Source: Octopus sinensis (lineage: Eukaryota). Taken from it: a stretch of DNA of 64,000 nucleotides. The position numbers and the translations under genes were made by a program. The DNA lies in NCBI RefSeq assembly GCF_006345805.1, contig NC_043003.1, positions 54,870,001 through 54,934,000 of the forward strand, read 5' to 3'. The notes beneath the pieces were generated by a model. The model was given only the letters and a program-made list of their open reading frames with translations. It made no database searches and was not told the DNA's origin. This document shows, in pieces, positions 40,770 through 54,579 of the stretch; positions within the stretch are counted from its first letter, which is position 1, and the number at the start of each line of letters is the position of its first letter.

Positions 40770-40964
40770 TTATTATATAGAAGGAGCTTCTACAGGACTA
40801 AACTGTTTCATTCAAGAGAACATCAGGAAGCTCCTGATGATTTCTCTTGAATGAAACAGTTCTAGTCCTGTAGAAGCTCCTTCTATATAATAAATTAATT
40901 TTACTCTGCTATGTATTGAGTACCTTATTTACTGTGGTTAACCCCGAATCAACCCGGGACCTAC
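40770..40964. mobile_element. Family C element with fold-back; hammerheads at ~40783-40834 (-) and ~40829-40880 (+)
   Basis: CTGATGA 40834-40, GAAA 40853-56, GTA 40870-72; minus copy has a perfect stem I GGAGCTTC/GAAGCTCC but a shortened core. Apex AGCT at 40829-32. Inside (TA)n. Confidence 0.88.
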
Positions 40965-40987
40965 ATATTATATATATATTATATATA

Positions 40988-41039
<52 letters not shown>

Positions 41040-41067
41040 TATATATATATATAGGTAAATATATGTA

Positions 41068-41112
<45 letters not shown>

Positions 41113-41296
41113 GTATATATATATATATTATATCTATATATATATATATGTATATATATATGTATATTATATGCATATATATATATGTATATAATATATG
41201 TGTGTATATATATATGTATATATATATATATGTAATACGTGTAAATATATATGTTATATATATATATATACATATATATTATATATATTTGTCTTG

Positions 41297-41344
<48 letters not shown>

Positions 41345-41350
<6 letters not shown>

Positions 41351-41700
41351 GTAAAAAATACAACATGGACAAGAACGTATAACTCAAGAAGACGATACAA
41401 TAAACGGACAGGCATTCGAAACCCTCATCTTCATCACAAGACCGAATCATCGTATATTTCGGCTGATTAATATATATAACGTAAACGAACGATGTACCTT
41501 GCACTACAAGTATTATCAATCGTTGAACAGATAATACAAAAGGAGTAAGTTAGACAAAAGCATAGTAAACGAGAGTAAAAAACGAAACGGACGAGAAATT
41601 AGACAACGACATGATATACGGAATATAGGTAGGTGAGTTTTCCTCCTCAGTGAAAGACGCAAATTATAGTGGCAATTTCACGGAGAGGAAAACTCACCTA
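41345..41700. mobile_element. Short non-coding element in (TA)n with terminal hairpin 41630-41700
   Basis: TAGGTGAGTTTTCCTC..TGAAA / TTTCA..GAGGAAAACTCACCTA; (TA)n on both sides. Confidence 0.65.
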
Positions 41701-42454
41701 TATATATATATATATAATCCCATTAATAAGGCAAAGAAACAATTTGATACATCTTAATGGCCAGTTACAATTGCTTCTGTTCCAACTCTGCATTGAAAAC
41801 GAGGTTCGAAGAGAAAATTTAGGTAATAATTGCATGTACTATTTCATAGCAGGCTCGGCAAGCAGTGTTGCGCAAAAAGCAAGATATTTAAATCGGTTTA
41901 AGTATGATTCATATATAAAAAGACCTTATTCCCTGTAGTTTTCTGTGGACAAAATTCATGCATATTTATAAGATTGTTTAAATATATGTATGTGTGTATG
42001 TATACATGTATGATGTAGCGTTTCATACACATTTGTTAGAAGACAAGATTTTCAACTAAAGTAAGCTTCAAAAGATTTCTATTGAAATATATTCAGATAT
42101 GTAGACTCCGCCATCTTTCGTAATATCAAACGCTGGGAGCAGTTTGGTTTGTTAATCGTCGACTTCCTGTCAAGTAGATACTTTAGCGACATTTCATCCT
42201 AAGTTATCGCTATATGTGTTTAGGTGTGCGTGTGTGTGTGTGTGTGTGTGTGGTGTTCGTGCGTGCGTGTGTATGTGTGTGTATGTGTGTGTGTGTGTGC
42301 GTGTGTAGACTCAGTCATATACACAGAAACACAGACACACATGAAACATATGCCGCTGAGTTCTTACATACATGTGCACACACACACTGCTTCCAATATA
42401 TATACACATATATATTTGTATGTATCTGTATATTTACACCTACACACACACACA

Positions 42455-42491
<37 letters not shown>

Positions 42492-42776
42492 CATACAAAA
42501 CATACTTATATATATGTATATTTCTATGTATGTATATACAATATATTTGTACATACGTACATAAGTATATATGTGTGTGTATGTATATATGTATATACAC
42601 ATGTATGTGTATGTGTGTGTATTGTTTGTGTAAGAACTTACACTTATGTGTTATATAGTATATGCGTATGAACTCATCCATAAATTTTGGAAGCTAGACA
42701 CGCACTTATATGCCTACAAATACATATATATATATGTGTCCACGTAATGTCATTTTATTTAGATGTCATTTGTATA

Positions 42777-42808
<32 letters not shown>

Positions 42809-43286
42809 CATATCTATATGTGTGTGTGTTTATATATATATATATATATATACATATATCAACACAAACGTACAACTATGATAATACTTATGATCGCACA
42901 CAGCCTAGCGTTTAATCTGTCTCAAGATATATTTCTTTGTTACGCTGTGTTCGCGAAAACATTTCAGTTCGATGTTAAGAGATTAGCTTACTTTGAAACT
43001 AATTAAATCAGAGACATTGACGTCAGTAACCTTACGAAATATTACCATGCATGCATTCAGACATTTCGCCTTTCGATGCCGGGATGAGACCTTTCACTGG
43101 AGATGAGTCGATTTGATAATTAAAACGACTTCGCTGTTTTAATCATCAACTAGAAAAGAAGTTGTAGCGTTGGTGGCGGACATAAAATCCCTCGTCACCC
43201 GAAGACACCTCGCAACTTCTCTTTACATGATTAGCTGCAAGGTAAGTAGACAAGACAAGATAGAGAGATGCTTATTTATTGTCTTA

Positions 43287-43345
<59 letters not shown>

Positions 43346-43495
43346 AATGTATATTTAAAGTGTTTATGTGAATATATATGCATATAAATGTGTGTGTATC
43401 TATCTTTTAATCTATCTATCTAACTATCTATCTATTCCTTTCTCTCTTCATATATATATATGTGTGTGTGTATATATATATGTGTGTGTGTGTGG

Positions 43496-43566
<71 letters not shown>

Positions 43567-44198
43567 CAAGAAAGAGGGAAAGAAAGTTGAAGTAGAGACA
43601 TATTTATGTTCAAACATAGACGCATATTTGTTGTAAAAAAATACGCAGTATATATATATTTATTTGTGTGTATATGTGTGTGTTCGTATGTATGTGTGTT
43701 TGTGTGTCTATGTGTGTGCGTATATATATATATTCACATATATACATTCTTATATGTATGTGTCTTTGTGTATGTATATATGTCTCCATATGTTAACATT
43801 GAATTATCTCAAAGTAATCAAGTTGCACTCAGTACACTTTGTAGAGTAAAGAGTCGATTGTCCCTAGATGTTTTTGATCGGTATATGATTTTATATCATT
43901 GCAATTTTCAATCGAGGACTATCACTAGTTGTTACCTGTGGCGTATTTATAATTATTGGTGTAGGTGGGCTCCAAAGAATTTTCTTCCTTGATTCATGCT
44001 AAATCTCCAAAACTCGTTCTAAAAAGAAAATACGCTTCATCTTCATTTGGGAAATAAAAGATAAAGAAGTGATATTAACCGATAGAACACTTTCAGCAGT
44101 TCGCTTGATTATATAGCTTGTGTTTTTAAACAACAAGTCCCGCATCATTTAAATTGCAAGCGTCTACATGTATATAGATATGTGTTATTATATATATA

Positions 44199-44247
<49 letters not shown>

Positions 44248-44471
44248 CTTTTATTTTTATTCCTTTACTTGTTTCAGTCATGCGGCCATGGTGGAGCACC
44301 GCCTTTACTCGAACGAATCGACCCCAGGACTTAGCCTTTGTAAGCCTAGTACTTATTGTATGGGTCTCTCTATTGCCGAACCGCTAAATTTCGGGAACGT
44401 AAACACACCAACATCGATTGTCAAGCGATGGTGGGGAGACAAACGCAGACACACAAACATATACGTACACA

Positions 44472-44514
<43 letters not shown>

Positions 44515-46139
44515 CACACACACACACATATATGACGGGCTTCTTTCAGTTTCCCTCAACCAAATCCACTGACAAGGCTTTGGTCGGCTCGAGGCTATAG
44601 TAGAAGACACTTGCCCAAGTTATCATGCAGTGAGACTGAACCTAGAACCTTGTGGGACCCCGGAAGCATGGTTGGGAAGTAAGCTTCTTACCACATGGCC
44701 GTGTCTGCACCTATAGATAAAATTATTAATGGTTTAAAAGTTTGGCACAGGGCCAACAGATTTTGAGGGAAGGAGAAGTTGATTACATTGCCCCTAATAC
44801 ATGATTGTTACTTATGTTATAAAGGTTGAAAAGCAAAGTCAACCTTGGTGAAGTTGGTACTTAGAATATAAAGACACACAGACTGCTGCCAAATATTTTG
44901 TTTGGTTTGCAAACAATTTTACCAGCTCAGCACTTTAGAAAAATCTATTAACGTCATCTGAACCTAAAAAATTGTAATTGAATATGTTTAAAGATGTGGA
45001 TTTGAACCTCATGGCTGTCTTTGACTTTTTCTATCCAAAGCATGTGGTTGGTAAGCAAGCTACTTATCATACAGCCACACACAACACACACACACATATA
45101 TATATATATATAAACTTAAGATAAACTTAGTTATGCTTCGAACAAAGATTGGTCCAGGCTATATAAATATATAAATTTTCGTATTTTGAACCTCGTAATG
45201 TGGAATTGAACTTTTTAACCAGACGTCCAAGCCTCAGGAAGTCTGATATGTTTATCAATATACTAGCATCATCTAATAATGGTAAATGATTCAACGGAGT
45301 GAATGTCAATTTTTATCCTTCAGGCGAATTTCATTAATCTTAGAAACGACATCACGAATCTATTTTGTCAAACTGAACTGGAATGTATTTCGAAAGAACG
45401 AAACATATTTGTTGCAATTCTATTATCAATAGTGATTTCCTGTCTATACTCTGGGTTCGACGCTTTAGAGGCTTCTTAGCCATTAAGCTATTCATTAAAC
45501 ACAGTAGATATGAGAGAATCTGTATAACAGGAGTCGAAAGATTTTGTAACATTTTCATACATCATTCACGTTCTGAAATTCATGGCGACAACACAAATTT
45601 TCGGTGAAGAGCTGATGTCTAGTAGTCTTTCAACGAAATAATAATATTAAGACTTTCTACTATAAGCACAAGCCCTGAAATTACATCTACTCCAGTGTTT
45701 CACTGATATTTAATTTATTGATCCGGAAAGGATGAAAACGTATAGTAGACCTCGGCGGAATTTGAACAAAGAACGTAAGGGGCAGACGAAATAACGCTAA
45801 GTATTACGCTCAGCGTGCTAACGATTCTGTCAGTTCGCCGCCGAATAATAATGATAATAAGGATGATTTCTTTTATTGACCGCATGAGGCCAAGACATGG
45901 AGGGCAATATCGAAGGAGTTACAGCACAAAAAAAATATACAACAAAACAAATATACAGAAACAAGTAGTGTGAATATCAATGAAGGGGAGACACTCCTAC
46001 ATTAAAGAATACAACAAAGGATATATAATTGAAAGCAGAGAAATAAATAATAAACAAAAACTAAATAAATAGTATCCCCAATGTTCACAACGGACTGAGC
46101 TGGAAAACATTTCGCCACTATGCGACAGCAAGTGTTAGA

Positions 46140-47215
46140 CTTAATAAATTCTAGTAGTCAACAAACCTTGAGCAGAACAAATTCGTCGCTCGGCAGAAAT
46201 CTCGGGCAGGCGCGACTGAGTGATCATCCATTCCTGTAGCGTTTATCCCGACTCAACAATGCTCGCCCCAACTTCAGGTAGCAAATCCTGGTTAGGGATT
46301 TCTCAAAATTAGCCGTGTGACACAACTGGAAAATCTTCCGGAACAGGTTCCCCAGTTGACTGTCATCGTGGCTTACCGTATATCACAAAACGTCGTCGTT
46401 TTTTGCTCCCCACGGTTCCCCCTGCAAAAATCGGGGTGGAATTTCAATGATCGTGCTGTCCTATTGGAAGAAAGCTGTAATTCTGTGGCTGCAGTCTGAA
46501 TGTCATTCATCAAAGTCTGTATCTCTGATAAAGAGACGAACCTTGGAAATGCGAGCCTGACAAACAGCAAGCACACCTGTAAATCGTTAATGAAACACAA
46601 GAGATACTGGAGCCTCATTCCATGTCCTCGCATCGCCATCTACGACATACTCAGTCCTCAACTCAGTGGGTAACAAATCCATTGGCAAACAAATGGGCCT
46701 CCTGAGCCCATTTTTGTTTCTTTCACCTAAGAACTGGGGAGAAATGTTACGTGGTAACATATGACAGAGGCAATGTAAACCTTTACCACCGCCACAGACC
46801 TTTCAAGGATAGCTTTCTCTCGGTCCCTTTCTCTGTAAAATTATTCACTCTGCTCACTATATTGCTTAAATTCTCCAAGATATTGAGATTTGGACGAAAT
46901 CAAACATCGAGCATCTAGCCAGTCCGTCCGTCGAGTGTACTACTACGCTGCTGGAAGGCATGGATTTGCTTCTCCAGGTGTCAAACTGCAGGCACAAGGA
47001 CATTCCTTGGTTGATAGTCCTTTTGTTACACAATGTGCCGCTTTAGAATAGTGCCAGCCAATAGAATGTCCCAAGTGATCTACATTATGCTGATGACGTC
47101 ATCTGCATATGGTATGCCCACACTGTAATTCAGCCTCCTAGATGATGCGATGCCTCTCAAAGTCTTCGGTTTTTGCAGAAATATTCAAGAGTCAAAACAT
47201 AAAGTAAAGTAGTAA
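46140..47215 (-). pseudogene. Decayed L1/Tx1-like reverse transcriptase
   Basis: Minus strand LLYVLTLE, YADDV (~47095-47111), RKLSLKG..VKVYIASVI. Confidence 0.75.
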
Positions 47216-47339
47216 AATATAAGTAAAATAAACTACTAAAAGTAGTTAAATAAAAGCAGTAAAAACATAAAGAAAACTTGTAAAATATAGAAAGATATAA
47301 GGCCGGCTCTCCCCCTTTTTTATCTCCTTTCCTATTCAA

Positions 47340-48035
47340 TTGTCATTCGGTTTTATGGTACCTTGCTGGTCTTTCCCGCTCAGGCTGTCAATTTAGTGCC
47401 ACCATACAGTGGCTTTCTCTGATCACAAGCAAGAGTAATATTACTTAAGTTTACCGAGAAATGGTCCCTTTTCATGCCGAATTCTACTTGGTGAAATTAT
47501 TGATTACTAGTTAATTAATTAATTTTACCCTTTGTTACTATTGATAATATAATTTTCTTCCGTATAATAAACTACATATTTTTCTGTAGTATCTTTACTT
47601 GACGACAAACGCAGGGGAAGGTGATGAACCTCATTCGTATGTTTTTAGATTCGGTGGTGCTGGACGTTGAATGTAATCTGTCTCATTCTGTTAGTTGGAG
47701 AGGTACGTTCGATTCTTCCAGTGCCTCCGGATTTAATGTTTAATATTATATCTATAATATTATATTGTGAAGTTCCATGCTGATGAGGAAAGTGTTCTTG
47801 GTAAAGTATAAATTCTACATTCTTTATACCGAACTAATTCTGAAACGCGTACATGGGTAATCAAATATCGATTGATTTTCGTTATTCTTCATCTCTGCCT
47901 AGGTGGATTGTTTTCGAGTACTTTGTTTTTGTCCGGGAATCTCTCTTTAAAGTAGAGGAAATAGCTAAGGATCTTTGGCTGCTATTTCTAAACTTCGGTA
48001 TGTGGTAAAGCAAATCTTTTCTGAACCCTAATTAT
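47340..48035 (+). mobile_element. Family D hammerhead-bearing element, second copy
   Basis: Collinear similarity with 4490-4940. Confidence 0.7.
47774..47857 (+). ncRNA. Type I hammerhead ribozyme motif, canonical core
   Basis: TCCATG-CTGATGA(47780-86)-GGAA..GTTC..GGTA../..TACC GAAC..TTCT-GAAA(47842-45)-CGC-GTA-CATGGG; palindromic ACGCGT stem III. Confidence 0.88.
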
Positions 48036-48040
48036 AATAC

Positions 48041-48076
<36 letters not shown>

Positions 48077-49339
48077 GTGGTGTGTGTGTGTGTGTGTGAG
48101 TGTATACCTCCCTATTTATCTGCTTTTTTATCCTTCTCATTATCTTTCTACACATTTCTCTTTTAAATTTAAAACTAGATTCATTCTTCGTTGGTAGCGA
48201 ATCTTTCCCGTTCGCAAGTTGGATTGGGCTTGCACAAGGAACCATTGTATTTCCGTTGCTACCGGAGTAGGCAGGCATGAACGTTGCTTGGTGTTAGTTT
48301 GCACCATTTAGTCACGTTTCTCTCTTGGGCGTTATGTTTTTCTATCCAAGCAAGAATTACCGAATCTCGTTCGCTACTTCGTATATCATACACTGCATTG
48401 TATTCCTTTCGATGCTCTTCCTAAATTAGATACTTTACATACATACATACATACATACACACACACATATATATGTATATATACATATATACATATGTGT
48501 GTGAGTGTGTGCGCGCATGCGTGGCGTGTATGAGCGCCTGTGCGTGTATATATATTTACGCACACATACATACACACACTTACGTATATACATCTATACA
48601 TAAATGAATGTGTATAGGTATACGCACATATGCACAAATACCTACAAATACACACTCACCGCACCCCACACTCACACATAAATCGTACATACACACAAAG
48701 ATATATATATATATATATATTTGTGTGTGTGCGTGTGTGAGTATGCCTGTGTGTGAGCTTGTCTGTCTGTGTATAAGCATGAAATATAACTAAAAGTAAA
48801 ACGGAAAAGTTTCCGTTGGCGTATTAACATATATATTCAGCCATTGACAGCGAGTCAATTAACAATTGTATTAAAGGAAATATTGTAACCATAATTAAAT
48901 GAAGCCTCTTCCGTCACTATGATTCCTCATTGGTTTTAGAAGCAACTCTTGAATAGCTTCTTTTCTTTTTATTTTTAACATTACCCTTGCATACACAGCT
49001 GAATAAATCTCACTTATCATAACGCAAAAGGTTTTTTTTCGATTGATTCGCTCCTGGAAACTGAAGGAGGTGCGCATGATGTCTTGATCTTGTTACTTAT
49101 CATTATAATGCCTTTGTCATTGCAACACCACTTCTTAGCAAATCATCTTTTTATAGTAGATGTGAGCCGCGCACTTTTTCGTATTTGGTGCTCAATCGAT
49201 TTCTATTAAAAGGAATAGACTTGATAATCGTTTCTTTTCTAAGTATTTCTGCCATGCTTCTCTGCTTTTCCACTGTGTTTTCTATCTTCAAGCTTATTTG
49301 ATTTCAGGTGTGTGTATTGTGCGTCTTTCTTTCTTTCTC

Positions 49340-49374
<35 letters not shown>

Positions 49375-49388
49375 TCTCTCTCTCTCTC

Positions 49389-49433
<45 letters not shown>

Positions 49434-49568
49434 CACACATATATTTATATATATATATGCTTGTGTGCGCGGGTATGCGTGCGGTTGGCAGTGTATAGAA
49501 GCACATATGCACGTCTGTATGTGAGTAAGTTCCTGTGTATGTATCTACACGTGTATATGTATATATAT

Positions 49569-49629
<61 letters not shown>

Positions 49630-50006
49630 AATATATATAAATATATATATTTAGTGTGTGTGTATATATAAATACGCACACAAATACAGAGGCACACATT
49701 TATGCATGCAAACCGCATACACACACATATATATATGTATCTGTGTGTGTGTGCATTGGCATGTGTATATATATATATATCTACTTACATGTATGTATAT
49801 GTATGTATATTTATACATGGCTATCTTTGTATATTACATAATCTCTCTATATATACATGCATTATTCATATAAGCTGACAGAGACACACCTTTTGCATCA
49901 TCCTGCCATACATGCTTTTCTATACGTGTGTGGCCATGTACGTTGTATATATATATAACATATATATATATATATACATACATACATATACATATATATA
50001 TATATT

Positions 50007-50050
<44 letters not shown>

Positions 50051-50200
50051 CATATTATATATATTATATATATGTACATACATATATATATATTTACGTA
50101 TATATATATATACATACATATATATATACGTATATATATATATATGTATACGTGTGTGTACATATATTGTACATCTATATACATATATATATAACATATG

Positions 50201-50290
<90 letters not shown>

Positions 50291-50975
50291 GTGTGTTTCT
50301 GTGTATATATATAATCTTATCGAATATAATGTAGTGTTCATGGTGCAGAAGTTATGGAAAGTCAAAATCTGAGAAACACTTTTATAATATTTGCTTCGGT
50401 TCCTTAAGTTTTTATGAGATAGATCAGAAAAACACGAAAACACAGAAAACAACCGGAGTCAAAGTTTTTCTAGATAGAAATCTGAATTCTGAAACGGAGA
50501 GAGGAATACGTATCAATATATCACATGCGTATGTCATCAGCCTTTGCTTTTTCTTTAATAAAAGTAATTTTCTATATTAAATTCACTTGCGTTCTCCAGA
50601 GAATTCCAAGAACGGAATCACTGCTTCACAGTTGCACACACATAGAAAAGATTTTAAGATACATATGACGGGCGCAGGATGTACTCCCCAGAGAGTGCAC
50701 TTAAGCAGTGCATGGAAATTATATCTTCTATATGCTTTGTATCTTCTATGTATATGGTTCGATATCAAATGCACATGTGACACTCATGTTATAGCATATC
50801 GATCACTCTTTTCCTTTCTCTCTCTCTATAATTTCTCTCTCTCTCTCTCTCTCTGTATGCACGTCTACGGCTGTGTTAGTGTATATGTGTGTGTGGTGTG
50901 TGTGGCTGTGTGTTGCTAATTACCTCCCTTTTTAGTCCTTGTTTATCTGTATGAGTCTCTGTTTCCAATTCATTC

Positions 50976-51270
50976 TCTCTCCCTCTTTCACTCTTTCTGT
51001 CTGTCTGTTTCTCTCTCTCCCTTTCACTCTTTCTGTCTGTCTGTTTCTCTCTCTCCCTTCCACTCTTTCTGTCTGTCTATTTCTTTCTCTCCCTTTCACT
51101 CTTTCTGTCTGTCTGTTTCCCTCTCTCCCTTTCACTCTTTCTGCCTCTCTGTTTCTCTCTCTCCCTTTCACTCTTTCTGTCTGTCTGTTTCGCTCTCTCC
51201 CTTTCACTCTTTCTGTCTGTCTTTTCTCTCCCTTTCACTCTTTCTGTCTCTCTGTTTCTCTCTCTCCCTC
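50976..51270. repeat. 36-bp pyrimidine-rich minisatellite x~8
   Basis: CCCTTTCACTCTTTCTGTCTGTCTGTTTCTCTCTCT units. Confidence 0.92.
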
Positions 51271-52411
51271 TCTCACTACCTGACATATTGTTTTCCATTT
51301 ATAATCTTACCTTAAATCTGTAAATCATTCTCTGTAGCATATTCTTTTTCCCGGCTTCTATATCTTTCTTTTTCTCCACGCTCAATATGATTCTTCCTCC
51401 AAGTCTATTCCAGCGTAATTTTCTCTCGTCTTTAAGAAACTTCATTTCTTTCTAATTATCTTTCTCAATCACAATCTCTATTTCTCTCTAAATCCCAGTT
51501 ATTATAACCCTTTTTCTCGCCACCATTTTAACTTTTCCCCCGTAAATCATATGTTTTATGTCCCTCCCTCAATCATTTTAAATTTCCTTACGCCAATACC
51601 TATTTGTCTACCAATTTCTACTTTTCTTACCATTTCTTTTAAGTTCTGTTCATTATTCAATTCCAATGCAGTTTTTTTTTTGTTTCACTTAATATATTTC
51701 TATCCTAAAGCAGCAAGCTGGCAGAATCGTTAACATTCTGCTTAACGGCATTTAGTCCCTCCCAACTTTGTGAGTTCAAATTACACCTTGTTCGACTTTA
51801 CCCTTCGTGGTCGGTCAATAAAATATGTACCATTTGTGCGCAGGGATCGCTAATCGGTTTAACGCCACCCCTGAAAATTGCTGTCAATGTTCTAAAATTT
51901 GAAACCAATATATTACTGCCCGAATACTTTTGGCACTGAATTTTCGTTTAATTTTCCTTTTCATACAGACTTAGTAATAATCGAAATATCGTTCTGGCGT
52001 GTAATAACCTCAGTATCATACGTGTGTGTCATATTTGAAATCAACACTCGATTTACATTCGTACCTGCTAAATCCAATTATTTTATCTATTTTAACATCT
52101 GGTAGCAATGGTTAGATTATCCTTAGCTGATGACAAAACCGCGAAGACGTTCATTCAAGAAATATAGTGTATGATATAAATAAATATGTTTTTTAAATTC
52201 ACTAAATCGTAAACAAATGGAGATAAATATGACAAATAATTCCAGTATGCAAAATACATTCATTTTAAGGTATATATGGCTCCAGTGATTTTTAATCCAT
52301 CTATCCATACATACATAAATAAAATCTTACCTGCATGCTTACATACACACATACCCACATACATACATACATACATACATACATACATACATACATACAC
52401 ACACACATACA

Positions 52412-52806
52412 TGAGACAGAGGGGCAAAGTTATATACCATCATAGAGGTCAGCTGCCCTGAAGATATAAATCTCTCTTTAGAAATCAAAGCAAAAGAGGA
52501 TATCTAAAGGCAACTGCTTCGAAACCTACAGCTTCTATATCCAGACTATGAATCCATATTCATAACAATAATAATTGGAGTACTAGGTTTTGTTAGTAGA
52601 TGCTTAAAGGAGAATCTGGATGGACTGGGATTTTCAGCAAGAGAAATCGACCGGCTAATTCGTACAAATGCAATCTGTGAGTGGAACAGTAACAATATGC
52701 AAGAATTTCCTCAAGTCTGTGTTAAATAAACCCCAAAGCTGGACCCTTGTATCTTTGTTGGAAACCGGCTCCCTCCTCAGAGGAAGATTGATAATTATTA
52801 AAAAAA
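52412..52806 (+). mobile_element. 3' fragment of RLE-type LINE (R4/Dong-like), next to (TACA)n
   Basis: IEVSCPEDINL..LLRNLQLLYPDY..IIIGVLG..QSVSGTVTICKNF, then 3'UTR and A-run. Confidence 0.8.
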
Positions 52807-52819
52807 GTAGAAGAGACAT

Positions 52820-53310
52820 ACAAGAAAAATCAGCTGGTCAGCAGATGTTAATATAAAGCTGAAGATCAATGAATAAGAGAATACCTACGCTGATCTATTG
52901 AGAAATCTGCAGTTACTCTATCCAGATTACATGTTCAGATTCATATCTGTAATTATTGGGGCCCTGGGATATGTAACACACCGCTTAAATACCAATCTTG
53001 AGAAATTAGGCTTCTCAAAACCAAAAAAGGAGAAAGATAATTCGAAGACTACATACCCAATCCATCAATGGAACTGTAAACTCTGTAAAAATTTCTAGAA
53101 GTTTATCATTTAAATTTATATGAGCAGGTCTAGATATGCAACTACATGCACGAGAATACATACATCAAGCAAAACATACAAATCTACACATATACATACA
53201 TACATACATACGGTGTTGTTGGTGTTGAAATTCCAATGAAGTAGGCCTGGATCTAGGTTAGAAATCGACTCTATAGGCAAGAAATCTTGAAATAATACTG
53301 AACAATGATA
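52820..53310 (+). mobile_element. Second, divergent 3' fragment of RLE-type LINE, followed by (TACA)n
   Basis: ADVNIKLK..LRNLQLLYPDYMFRFISVIIGALGYV..LCKNF. Confidence 0.8.
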
Positions 53311-53815
53311 TACATACATACAAACATATATACACACACATACAGGCAGACATATATATGTGCGTTTGTGTGTGTGTGTGTTTATGTGTGTGTATGTGTG
53401 CGGGTTTGTGTGTGTATGTGTGTGAGTGTGTTTACATGTGTGTATGTGTTTGTGCGTGTGTGTGTGTGAATGCGCGTGGCCCACTTGCTAGGGTGTCGCA
53501 TTAACGATCGTTTCGATTCCCGAGTTGATAAAACGCTTCCATTACACGTTGCTTCAGTCCACTCACCTGTATATGAGTCACTCGGCGACGAACTAACTTT
53601 CCGATCAAGGGGGAATATTGGCCTACACGCTTAGCCAGCGGGGTGACATTATTCATAAACTAAAACGATTTAAATTGCATTATGGCGTGCCATGTATAAG
53701 TATAATAAAATCCAACAGCCTGGTCGATCACGTGAGATATCTATCTATCTATCTGTCTGTTCTGATAATACATATACGCCTGCGTTTATGTATACATACA
53801 TACACACAAACACAC

Positions 53816-53870
<55 letters not shown>

Positions 53871-54579
53871 CGTACTTATGTGCATACATCACGTGATTAT
53901 TTCACTGATTAGGATATCGGCGGTCGTTACATATCGCTGGTCACAATGTTCTTTTGCACTGTTTTAGCTTTTAAATGACGCCACCCAGTTGGTGAGGCGA
54001 GCAGGCCAACAACTACCCCTGATCAACGGGGGACTGAAGCAACATGAAATGAAGCGTTTTGCTAAAAAAAAAAACAACGCACCGCCTAGTCATGGAATTG
54101 AACTACCCATCTAGCGATCGTGAGTGAAACAGCCTGACCACTAGGCCACGCACCTTCACGTGCATACATACATACACAAAAAGATACTAAGATTATAAGG
54201 TTCGGAAGTTGAGCTTATTTTTGTCTGAACAGCGGAATATGTCGATAAATACTGTGAGGTTACCAAGCAATGACTTTTATCAAACCAAGATACAAAACGA
54301 CTTGCTCTAAATATCTAGTTTCACCGACTTCCAGACCACCGTGCAGTTCTAGCTTATCACATTCCACTAATGCATTGCTTTCCATCGTTTAATCTGGTAA
54401 TCCGTTAATCCGCCAATCTTTTTTTCCCGTCCACAAGTGTGTTCCGTTTATCAACGCGGAATTTGTTTTGCTTAAATGGAATCCGATTCTTTGCCTTCTA
54501 CTTTTCGCAAATTAGCATCTGCTTTGTAGCAGTTGGCACAAGTTATACCATTCTATGTCACCCTTCTAACCCCCACTTT

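Noticed and set aside
50470-50545. Minus-strand CTGATGA followed by a hairpin
   Set aside because: No GAAA/NUH at the stem II base and no stem I partner.
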